Shown here one piece after another: positions 40,934-52,561 of a DNA stretch of 64,000 bases (positions are counted from its first letter, which is position 1; the number at the start of each line of letters is the position of its first letter). The notes below the pieces were generated by a model, which saw nothing but the letters and a program-made list of their open reading frames with translations, was not told where the DNA came from and made no database searches. Origin of the DNA: Bryobacterales bacterium (lineage in GTDB: Bacteria; Acidobacteriota; Terriglobia; Bryobacterales; UBA6623); contig CBDDCH010000002.1 in assembly GCA_965226215.1 (NCBI GenBank), positions 3,413,228 through 3,477,227 on the forward strand, given 5' to 3'. Position numbers and translations under genes: made by a program.

Positions 40934-42347
40934 GAGCTATAACCAGAAGTTGTGGATGAGCCTCTGAGGGGAGGCGGCGTATCCTGACGATTGAGGAAGC
41001 AACTCAATCGTTTTCTGGAAAGGAACAAGGAGGATACGCCATGAGTCAGTGTGAAGCTGCTGAGAGCAGCAGTCAAGTCAACCCCCAAGTCATTGATGGA
41101 AAGGAACGCTCGCCCTTGGATGAGGTGCTGCGCCAAGGAGCGCGCCAGATGCTCGTCAAGGCCGTGGAAGCCGAAGTGACCGCCTACATCGAAACGCATC
41201 AGCACGAAGTCGACCAGGACGGCCGGCGGCTGGTGGTGCGCAACGGTCACGCCCGCGAGCGCACCATCGTCAGCGGCGTGGGTCAGCTGAAGATCCAGGC
41301 GCCGCGGGCCGACGATCGCCGAGTCGATGAGCAGGGCCGGCGCTTTCGTTTCACTTCCCAGATCCTGCCGCCGTATCTGCGGCGCACGAAGAGTGTGGAG
41401 GAGTTGATCCCCTGGTTGTACCTGAAAGGGATCTCGACGGGCGATTTCAGCGAAGCGCTGGAGGCCTTGCTGGGGCCCGACGCTCCGGGCCTGTCGGCGA
41501 CGACGGTGGTGCGTCTCAAAGACGTCTGGCGCCGCGAGTACGAGGCTTGGTCAAAGCGTGACCTCAGCGGCCAGCAGTTTGTTTACATTTGGGCCGATGG
41601 CATCTACTCGAATGTTCGTCTGGACGATGAACGGCAGTGTTTGCTGGTTGTGATGGGAGCACTCGAAGACGGTCGCAAGCAACTGCTGGCGGTGCACGAC
41701 GGCTTTCGCGAAAGCGAACTGTCGTGGCAGGAGTTGCTGGAGGACTTGAAACGGCAGGGGCTCGAGCTGCCGCCGAAGTTGGCGGTGGGCGACGGAGCGA
41801 TGGGGTTTTGGGCGGCACTGCGGAAAGTCTATCCGGCGACCGGTGAGCAACGCTGCTGGCTCCACAAGACGGCCAACGTGCTCAATAAGCTGCCGCAGAG
41901 CATGCAGGGCAAAGCCAAGCAGGCGCTGCGCGACATCTATCTTGCCCAGAGTCGGCAGACGGCGGAGGCCGCTCTGGACCGTTTCAAGAACCTATACGAG
42001 AAGAAGTTCCCCAAAGCGGTCGAGTGCCTGGAAAAAGACCGCCAAGTGCTGCTGGCTTTCTACGACTTTCCGGCCGAGCACTGGGGGCACTTGCGGACGA
42101 CGAACCCGATCGAGTCCACCTTTGCGACGGTCCGTTTGCGGCAGCGACGAACGAAGGGTTGTGGCAGCCGCGAAGCGTCGTTAACGATGGTCTTCATGCT
42201 GGCCCGCCAAGCCGAGCGCCACTGGCGACGCCTGAACGGTTCGGAAGTGATTGTTCATGTCTTAGAGGGAAAGGTTTTCAAGGATGGATTGATGGTTCAG
42301 GAAAACGCCGCCTGACCTCGCCCATCCACAACATTTGACAATATCTC
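40934..42347 (+). mobile_element. IS256-family element, copy 2 (1414 bp), 9-bp TSD TTTTCAGTG
   Basis: Same TIRs as copy 1; perfect TSD at 40925-40933 and 42348-42356. Confidence 0.95.
41041..42315 (+). CDS. IS256-family transposase
   Basis: 424 aa; differs from copies 1 and 3 at three residues (RADD/RVDD, GQQF/GQRF, LAQS/LAES). Confidence 0.95.
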   Translation: MSQCEAAESSSQVNPQVIDGKERSPLDEVLRQGARQMLVKAVEAEVTAYIETHQHEVDQDGRRLVVRNGHARERTIVSGVGQLKIQAPRADDRRVDEQGRRFRFTSQILPPYLRRTKSVEELIPWLYLKGISTGDFSEALEALLGPDAPGLSATTVVRLKDVWRREYEAWSKRDLSGQQFVYIWADGIYSNVRLDDERQCLLVVMGALEDGRKQLLAVHDGFRESELSWQELLEDLKRQGLELPPKLAVGDGAMGFWAALRKVYPATGEQRCWLHKTANVLNKLPQSMQGKAKQALRDIYLAQSRQTAEAALDRFKNLYEKKFPKAVECLEKDRQVLLAFYDFPAEHWGHLRTTNPIESTFATVRLRQRRTKGCGSREASLTMVFMLARQAERHWRRLNGSEVIVHVLEGKVFKDGLMVQENAA

Positions 42348-42805
42348 TTTTCAGTGGCTATCCGCAGTCGAAGTTCTCCAGCGAAACTTTAGGCTGGCGG
42401 GGGCGTATCGCAAAGGCCGCAGTGGCGAGAGTCTCCTAATTCCAAACCAGCGCTTGCGAATTTGCCAGTCGTAGGCAAGTTGTCTCCGGCCTGAATCCTC
42501 CCTTGTCGGCAAGGGTAGAGTCAGAGCCCGCCAGAAGGACGAATAGCGCCCTATTCTTGAGAAGTGCCGCGTCGGTGCGCATGTCGGACGGGGAGTCCCC
42601 CACTCGGACCCAATCCACCTGGCTTTTAACGCCCGATCTGGACAGGTAGGTCTTGAGGCTGGTGTCGCTTCCGAGATTGGGGAATGTCGGAAGCAGCGAA
42701 AAAACTCTAGGGTCAGGCGGGCTTCCGACCGCTGAAGAGGCGAGCCCAGTAGTGACAAACACTCTTGTTTGTCCTAGCCGCCGCTAGGCGGCTCGCATGA
42801 TGTTT

Positions 42806-42862
42806 GAGCCGCGTTCACGCGGCTTTTGTGACCCCTTGCTAGGCCAGCCGTTTTACGGCTGG
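42806..42862 (-). repeat. REP family III double hairpin within a hairpin-rich spacer
   Basis: gagccgcgttcacgcggctt and taggccagccgttttacggctgg; counterpart of 20952-21001. Confidence 0.55.
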
Positions 42863-43122
42863 TACTGTGCCCCGCTCGCCCCTGGGTTCTTTTCGGCGCT
42901 CGGCCGCCTCCGGCGGCCGAGCGGGGTCTGGGGTTGGGCGTCGAACTCGCCCCTCAGCTGGTTCAACAGCAGCTCCGTCTCACATCCCCCATCCGGTCAC
43001 GCCACTTCCAAAATCCCATCTCCCTAATTCCACGGCACTTATCCCACCGATACTCTAGAAACCCCGCCACCCCACCGTACCCTGGAATTGGAGCCACTGC
43101 TCCCACGAAAGGAATAATAATC

Positions 43123-43965
43123 ATGCCGACAAATGCACAAATTAGAGCTAATCGTAAGAACGCCAAGAAATCCACCGGACCACGCACCGAGGAAGGTAAA
43201 ACCCGTAGCGCGAAGAACGCTCTCAAACACGGACTCCTCGCCCGCGATACCGTAATGCCCGGCGAGGACCCCGCCGACTTCGATCGTCAACTCTCCGCCC
43301 TCGAAGGCGACATCCAACCCGCCAACTCCCTCGAATTCGAACTCGTCCGCCAAATCGCCGACGCGCAATGGCGCATGCGCCGCCTCACCCGCTTGGAGAC
43401 CGGCTTCCTCGCCGCTGCCGTCGACGACCAGCGCCGGCACCTGGAAAAACGCCGTCCCGACGAGCTGCGTCCCGGCTACGATGGCGAGACCCTACTTTTA
43501 GGCTCGGCGATGCTCGATCGCACCCAGGCCTTCGTTCACCTGGCCCGCTACGACGGACACCTCAGCCGCCGCTTCTTCCGCGCCGTCAAGCAACTCCGCG
43601 AACTCCGCCGCGACGAGCGCGAGGCCCACGAGGCTCGCTCCTCCGCCGGCTCCTATGCCCCCGCCGATCCCTACCGCGGCCGATACGTCCCGGCCCAAGC
43701 CCCGCCCCCGATCGACACTCAAAGCCCGGCGGCCAGCCGGATCGGCTTCCGGCCCAGTCGCGAGTCGGCCCCACAAGCTGGCCTCTCTGACCGTTCAAGC
43801 GCCAGCCCTTCAGGCCACATTCACCCAAACGACGAAACAAACCCAATTTCACCGAACTTCCATCGAAACAATGACTTCCTGGCCACCCGAAACCGCGCCC
43901 CAGCACGAATACAGGGCCCCTCATGGCGCACATCCGCTTTCGCGCAGCCTCAGAGGCCATTCTGA
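43123..43965 (+). CDS. Uncharacterised protein of the 'Q..ANR.NA.KSTGPRT..GK..S..NA.KHGL' family
   Basis: Start MPTNAQIRANRKNAKKSTGPRTEEGKTRSAKNALKHGL at 43123; helical core and low-complexity Pro/Ser tail. Confidence 0.75.
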   Translation: MPTNAQIRANRKNAKKSTGPRTEEGKTRSAKNALKHGLLARDTVMPGEDPADFDRQLSALEGDIQPANSLEFELVRQIADAQWRMRRLTRLETGFLAAAVDDQRRHLEKRRPDELRPGYDGETLLLGSAMLDRTQAFVHLARYDGHLSRRFFRAVKQLRELRRDEREAHEARSSAGSYAPADPYRGRYVPAQAPPPIDTQSPAASRIGFRPSRESAPQAGLSDRSSASPSGHIHPNDETNPISPNFHRNNDFLATRNRAPARIQGPSWRTSAFAQPQRPF

Positions 43966-43984
43966 TCTAGACTAGAATGTGCCC

Positions 43985-44155
43985 ATGATCAAGCTTGCTG
44001 TCTGCCTTGCGTGCGGCTGTCTGGGGTACGCTGCGGAAATCAAAGTCGGCATTATTGGACTTGACACCTCTCACTCGCCCGCATTCACGCGAATCTTGAA
44101 CGATCCCCGCTTCTGCTTCAATGATTATCGCGTTTTGTTCGCCAAGACGCAGTAG
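43985..44155 (+). pseudogene. N-terminal stump of a secreted Gfo/Idh/MocA-type oxidoreductase
   Basis: Manual translation MIKLAVCLACGCLGYAAEIKVGIIGLDTSHSPAFTRILNDP, then unrelated sequence and a stop; TAGAAT 6 nt before the ATG. Confidence 0.6.
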
Positions 44156-44537
44156 GCGTGCAGCGGGTAGGCTCACTCAAGAAGATGGCGAGAAGTGGGC
44201 GGCGACTCAGAAGTTACTGACCTATCGGGGACCCCATCTGCCGCGGAAGCCGCGGGAGATACGGTCCCACCTTTCGTTCACGTCGGTGACGGACGAGCAG
44301 ATTGCGTCACTTAAAGCCGCTCTACTCTCCTCGATCTGTGAGCAAACTGAGACTGACCTGGTGCTTCGAGCGGGCTTTTGCAGGGGCCGCGGGGGCTTCA
44401 TAGTGACCCCCAAGAGCGGTCGTGATGTCCTTCCCCTGGGCAGTGCTTGTGGACAACAGCGATCCTGCCACTCAGCTCTCTGATCCGACAGTTAGAGGGA
44501 TTGTTTTGGAGATTGAATCGTTTGCCCGGCTTCATGG

Positions 44538-44557
44538 CTGCCAGAATCCTGCCAGGA
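44538..44557 (+). repeat. Tandem CTGCCAG[A/G]A repeats (arm-type site candidate, right)
   Basis: Same 11-bp periodicity and orientation as 28321-28340. Confidence 0.6.
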
Positions 44558-44601
44558 ATCCGGGATACTTAGGACAATCGTTCTGATTATAAAAGGCTTA
44601 G

Positions 44602-44663
44602 AGTGGTAAGGCAAAGGTCTGCAAAACCTTTATTCGTGGGTTCGATTCCCACCCGCGCCTCCA
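44602..44663 (+). repeat. attR: duplicated 3' 62 bp of tRNA-Cys
   Basis: agtggtaaggcaaaggtctgcaaaacctttattcgtgggttcgattcccacccgcgcctcca; lacks the 5' acceptor strand. Confidence 0.92.
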
Positions 44664-44720
44664 CTTAGAATCAACTACTTAACCGGAAACAAGCCATTTA
44701 ACGGCTAAGTGTTCAGTCAA

Positions 44721-44883
44721 CGGTACGACCGCCGCTCGACGCTGCTGACCTCGAATCTGCCGTTCAACGAATGGACCGAGATCCTGGGTTCGGAACGCAT
44801 GACGGGCGCCCTGCTAGACCGGCTGACCCATCACGAACGGGGACAGCTATCGCCTGAAGCAAAGTAAACGGACCCGAGCTTGA
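44721..44883 (+). pseudogene. istB: IS21-family helper ATPase C-terminal remnant
   Basis: Manual translation RYDRRSTLLTSNLPFNEWTEILGSERMTGALLDRLTHH-ER-DSYRLKQSK; the usual residues between HH and SYR are missing. Confidence 0.75.
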
Positions 44884-45359
44884 TCGATTGTCTAACCCCG
44901 CTCCGTTCCGACCGATTCGGCTCTGCTCCCCCCCCCCCCCAGGCTGCTCGCCGTTTTCATGAGCCGGGCTTCCACTACGCCTCGGGCCGCCCTAGAACGG
45001 GCGTCACCTACAGCGATCATTATCAGGAAAAGGGCCTGTTTGAGCGGCTGATGCGGCGGCGGGCGATTGCGCCGCCGGGATCGAGCTTCGCGCCGGTGGT
45101 GGATGGTGCACTGAGTTGAGGGGCGCTAGGCATAAAATTTTATGCGCGCCCCGCAACTGACTGGGACCATGCCGCTTATAAGCCCGCTCTTGCCCCTCCG
45201 GGATTGGAGGCGGCTCAAACTGGGAGGGAAACGGCCGAAAAGACGACTTGCTCAATCACTGAGTTGACACGACTGCCGCTACCGTCACAACTCCATCGGC
45301 GATGGCTACGCCGAATCTGTGCATAATTCAGGTGATACAGTCCACTCGGAGTTACTCAC

Positions 45360-46370
45360 CTACGACCGCATCCTCAATACAAACCACACCATTCCCACGA
45401 TACCCAACAACGCGGCTCCGATTTGAACCGGCCGCAAGCTGCTCGCCACTTTGGTGACCTGGGACAGAAGCCAGGCGAAGAGCGCCAACACCGCCGCTTC
45501 CGTGACCGCTACGCCAGTAAGCACGTAAATGGGCTCCATTTCCAACTCCTGCATGAAAGTGCCGAAGTAGAAGCCGTGAAAGACTCCCATCCCGGCGGCT
45601 ATCAGCCAGCGGTAGCGCGCATCCGGCAACAGCAGGATTTCGACCGCCAAATAGGCGACCGTCAGTGCGGCTGCCGCTTCAATAAATCGCGGTGCCGGCT
45701 GCCACGACTTCGCGGCTACAACTACTGCCGAGACGGTTTCGGCTCCGATAAATGCGAATGCCAAATAGAGCAGCTCTTTTCGGTTTCGTCCCGCGAGCGC
45801 CAAAGCCACGAGGAACAATAGTTGGACGGGTCCCCCCATGACGCGTGCCGCGCCTGTCCATAGCTCGGTGAGGGCGATTTCCGCTTCGGTGGGCGGAGTG
45901 AAACGAATCGTTCTGTGGGTGAAACTAAAGTCAAAGACAGCCTGCTTGGTGACGTCACCTCGCGTCGCGCGTAGCAGGTGCACGTGATTCGGGACGGTCA
46001 CGGCTGCAAAGTTGCATTCCACGTCAAGCTGTTCGATAGGTCCCGCGAATTCGAACACAGAGCGACAGCGGTACCACCCGGAAGCCGCGTCGGCCTTACA
46101 CGATCCTTCCAATCGGCGAGCCTCTCCGGATACACTCGTCAGGCGGATGTTTTCAAGCAGCGTCCGCTCAGGCTCTTCTAGGTGGGTGATTTCATAAAGG
46201 GGCATCCTCAATTCGTATACCGCACGGTTGTTTACTACCTCTAGCTCGCCGCTGCTCATGCTCATGACGTGGGCTGCCGCACTCGCCGTCAAGCCGAGCA
46301 CGATCGCCGTCCATGTTGCGATGGCGGAAACCCCGCGTCCCAACAATTGCTTCGTGGAGCGTCGCGTCAT
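45360..46370 (-). CDS. HupE/UreJ-family membrane protein with N-terminal soluble domain
   Basis: Signal peptide ending AAA-HVMSMS, NHVHLL, multiple TM helices, GVFHGFYFG. Confidence 0.75.
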   Translation of the reverse strand: MTRRSTKQLLGRGVSAIATWTAIVLGLTASAAAHVMSMSSGELEVVNNRAVYELRMPLYEITHLEEPERTLLENIRLTSVSGEARRLEGSCKADAASGWYRCRSVFEFAGPIEQLDVECNFAAVTVPNHVHLLRATRGDVTKQAVFDFSFTHRTIRFTPPTEAEIALTELWTGAARVMGGPVQLLFLVALALAGRNRKELLYLAFAFIGAETVSAVVVAAKSWQPAPRFIEAAAALTVAYLAVEILLLPDARYRWLIAAGMGVFHGFYFGTFMQELEMEPIYVLTGVAVTEAAVLALFAWLLSQVTKVASSLRPVQIGAALLGIVGMVWFVLRMRS

Positions 46371-47359
46371 TCCCGGCCGTTGAAACTAAAATACTCCCCA
46401 ACGACCAGATGGTCGTTGTCCAACGTGATCTTGCATAAGAAGCCCGCCACGGTCTCGCTTCGGAAGCGGAAATCCGTCAACCGTACTGCCGACCCTTCGG
46501 GAGCGGAGTCAACTTGAGCGTACGCGAACTGAGCAAAGCGAGCGTAGGCTCGCCCGGTTTCGCTATTCCAAGCCGACTCCAACGCCGGTCCGGGCTGTGG
46601 TTTGTAGTAGCGCTGGCCGGCTGTTGGGTCATAGGGAGCAAGGTCGAGAAAGTCCATGCTGGAAACCTGGTAATAGCGCTCCGTTTCGACGAAGGTCCTC
46701 CAGCCGAGTGGCTTGAGCAGCTCAGGAAATGCCGCTACTCGGACCGCGGGAGCCCCATCGTAGAGGTGAGCGTCGATCGCTATCAACACCTGCTGATGAA
46801 ATATAGCTTTGATGCTGATGTATGCGGCGAGTGCAATCAGAGAAATCAAAGCCAGGTGGCCGCCCCGATTCGGTGGCGCGCCGATCTCGCGGTGAACGAG
46901 CGCGAAGACGGTCGGTGCGAGCGTTGCAATTAGGAGCGCCACCCAAATCCAGGGGTCGACGATGAAAAGAACATCCCACTGATACCAGCGGTCAGAGAAG
47001 GGCAGCCATGCGCGAACTCCGTAGGGGTTGCACAAGTCAAGGAGTGGGTGAGTCAGGGCGGCTATGATCGCCAGTAACCAGCTTCGAAGCCATGGTGGCG
47101 GGTTAGCCCCCTTGCGCAGCCACCACCGTGGTCCTTCCACCAAAGCCACCGCGAGAGCTGCCATCATGGGCACTGCCGGTATGGAGTGCGTGATGTGCCG
47201 GTGATAATTCAAATAGTTGATCGAAGAGGTGGAGGTGACGATGTCGATATCGGGGATATTCGCCGCCACAACGCACAACAAGGTTGCCCGCGGCGCCACT
47301 TGGCCTAGTTGGGTCCGAGCCAGAAGAAGGCCTACCAACGTGTGGGTCAAGTTATCCAT
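46367..47359 (-). CDS. Inner-membrane metal-dependent hydrolase (YdjM-like)
   Basis: MDNLTHTL, NIPDID, HRHITHS, THPLLD motifs; 4-bp overlap with the next gene. Confidence 0.85.
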   Translation of the reverse strand: MDNLTHTLVGLLLARTQLGQVAPRATLLCVVAANIPDIDIVTSTSSINYLNYHRHITHSIPAVPMMAALAVALVEGPRWWLRKGANPPPWLRSWLLAIIAALTHPLLDLCNPYGVRAWLPFSDRWYQWDVLFIVDPWIWVALLIATLAPTVFALVHREIGAPPNRGGHLALISLIALAAYISIKAIFHQQVLIAIDAHLYDGAPAVRVAAFPELLKPLGWRTFVETERYYQVSSMDFLDLAPYDPTAGQRYYKPQPGPALESAWNSETGRAYARFAQFAYAQVDSAPEGSAVRLTDFRFRSETVAGFLCKITLDNDHLVVGEYFSFNGRE

Positions 47360-47361
47360 GA

Positions 47362-50380
<3,019 letters not shown>

Positions 50381-50495
50381 CTGCAACTGTGACAGAGTAG
50401 AGCTTGAGTGTTACCCGCGTGTGCCTGGACCGGGCGTAAATATGGCGCTCGCAGGGGGTTATGGTTGATACTGGAACAGCAAGGGAGGTGGGGCC

Positions 50496-50770
50496 GTGAA
50501 TCGGAGAGATCTGTTGACGTTGGGCGTGGCTTCGGGTACGGCGGGGGCTGCCGGCCTTGGTCTTGGCTACCGGTACCACGGACCATTGCGGCGCTTGCAG
50601 GACAAGTTCGAGGCGGGGAAGAAGCCTCCGGCTAATACGCCCCGCGCGAAGTTCCGCGCGCGGTCTCGAACGATCACGGAACTTCACCGAAGGCAGACGA
50701 AGAAAGGACGTCCAAGCGCTGAAGACGAAGTACGAAGGGGCCTTCCTGGGGAAGTTTCGCGTCTGTAGCT
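50496..50770 (+). pseudogene. Frameshifted N-terminal fragment of a Tat-signal protein
   Basis: MNRRDLLTLGVASG..AGLGLGY; continues in another frame (KDVQALKTKYEGAFLGKFRV), then abuts unrelated sequence. Confidence 0.4.
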
Positions 50771-50773
50771 GTA

Positions 50774-51899
50774 ATGACGATTCTGTCAACAACAGTTGCA
50801 AGCTACATTCAAGAGGGCAGGCCGTATGGTCTCCTCATGGGTTGCCTTGGGGTTGCCCTCGTGTCATGGCAGGAAGCAGTTGAGGGAAAACATCGCCGGC
50901 TGGGCTTGCTGGGGCTCGCGGTGAGCTTGTTCTGCGCCATTCAGACCCATTACTACGGCGTTCTCTTGTTGTTTCCTTTAGCACTTGGCGAATTGATTCG
51001 TACTGTCTCGCGCAAGCGAATGGACGCCGCTGTTTGGAGCGCGTTGGCCGTCGGAAGCTCTTCGGTTCTGATGCTGCTGCCGCTGGTTGGGGCGGCAAGC
51101 GACTGCACACGGAACCCATGGAACCCAGTTTCTTTGGGGAGGTTCCTTCACTTCCCTATTGGGCTATTCGAGCAGCTGCTTCCTCCCGTAGTGTTGATTC
51201 TGGGCCTGCTGGGCGTTTTACGGCTGGGAAGAAACAGTTTGGTTGAGGGCGAGGGCCACGGCGCGGACGTCTCGAAGCACGAACTCGGGGTTATTATTGG
51301 ACTTTGCGCCTTCCCCATAGTTGTGTTGGCGACTTCCCTTCTTGTGACGGACTCGCTCTCGTTGCGCTACCTGCTCCCTACCGTTGTCGGTTACGCCATA
51401 CTCGCCCCCGTGCTTCTGCTACCCACAAGCGGGAAGCGATCTCTTGTCGGCGCCGTGGCGCTTGTTAGCCTCTCTGTGTGGTACTGCATCAATATTTGGG
51501 AGACAAGTAATTTCGTGTCGAATCAGCGTAATAGAATTCCGCACCCTGAAGCCCTGCGGCCCTATGATAGCGAAGAGCGGCTTCCCATCGTGGTCGCGAG
51601 CTATCTTCGATTCTTCCAGTTGGCATACTATTGGCCGCCCGAGCTGCGAAGTAGGATCTACTACCTTACCAGCCGGGAAGCTGCTCTTCAGTTCGAAGGG
51701 AACGACACGGGTGGAACTTGCTGCAACTCGACTGGCTCCCTGGGTGCCACTCAATATTCGACCCTATGACAACTTTGTGTCACAACATCAAAAATTCCTT
51801 CTCTTGCAAAGGGGGGGGGCTGGCAGAAACGCCGATTACTCGCCGACGGCGCTCAACTTGATCTCCAAGGCACTCTTAACGATTACCTCGTTTATATAG
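50774..51899 (+). pseudogene. C-terminal part of a GT-C/PMT-like membrane glycosyltransferase, frameshifted
   Basis: EGRPYGLL, QTHYYGVLL, multiple TM helices; frame change near 51710 (GNDT / ELA..RLAPWVPLNIRPY); N-terminal part absent. Confidence 0.55.
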
Positions 51900-51984
51900 T
51901 GCGTCTGGCTGATTCAGACCGAGATCCGCTGGAAGCGGACCTCCTTGAAGGCCCATGAGGGAGGGCGTCCTCCCTGGCCCCTCC

Positions 51985-52327
51985 CTCACGGTGGCGGCGT
52001 TGTACCGCCGGCGCTGGCGGAGCGAACAGTTTTTCCGGACTTGGAAGCAGAATCTGCGGGTCAAGAGCTTCGTCGGCACATCGGCCAATGCGGTGTTGAT
52101 GCGGATTGGGACAGCTAGGGATCGCGATACGGCTTGGGAAGTACCGGATGCTGCGATCGTGTTGCGGCTGGTCGTTGGCGAATCGGATAGCCTTGTTGCG
52201 GCTGCCAATGTTCGTCTACCGCGACTTACAGCTGTGGCGGGATCCACCGTTTCGAGCGCCGCCGACGCCCCCAGGCCTCGTCGACGAGCCGTTACAACTG
52301 CCCTGAGCACGACATTAGTTGGACAGC
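51985..52327 (+). pseudogene. IS4-family transposase C-terminal remnant
   Basis: VAALYRRRWRSEQFFRTWKQNLRVKSFVGTSANAV, then in a shifted frame KY...WSLANRIALLRL.MFVYRDL; ends ttagttggacagc. Confidence 0.75.
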
Positions 52328-52384
52328 CGGAGGCTTCTAATCGGGGGTCTGCCCTGCCGGAAGCCTCCGGGGGGCACATCTTGT

Positions 52385-52552
52385 CCCGTAGAATCAATAG
52401 AGCGGTCGGCAAACGGCTGCTAATTTGGACAGCTCAGCGACATGTCACGCCCCTACATTTCCAGGCGCCCAACAGACCTGTAGGGACACAACATGCTGCT
52501 CCGGTCTGCACTTGCCTTGAACGTGAGTGTATTGATGAAATGGACTACTGAG
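52385..52552. mobile_element. MITE-like element family B, copy 2 (left end unclear)
   Basis: cacgcccctacatttcc ... gtagggacacaacatgctg REP pair and end aacgtgagtgtattgatgaaatggactactgag, matching copy 1. Confidence 0.55.
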
Positions 52553-52561
52553 GAGGGGGCT

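Noticed and set aside
28824-42347. Composite transposon or past inversion formed by IS256 copies 1 and 2
   Set aside because: Copy 2 keeps its own perfect TSD on both sides, so the flanks were not exchanged and the pair did not move together.
44602-44663. Second functional tRNA-Cys
   Set aside because: The 5' acceptor strand and part of the D-arm are missing; it is an att repeat.
44928-44940. C13 run (and G9 at 51811-51819) as phase-variation tracts
   Set aside because: Both lie in already-degenerate sequence with no intact gene to switch; homopolymer length may also be a sequencing artefact.
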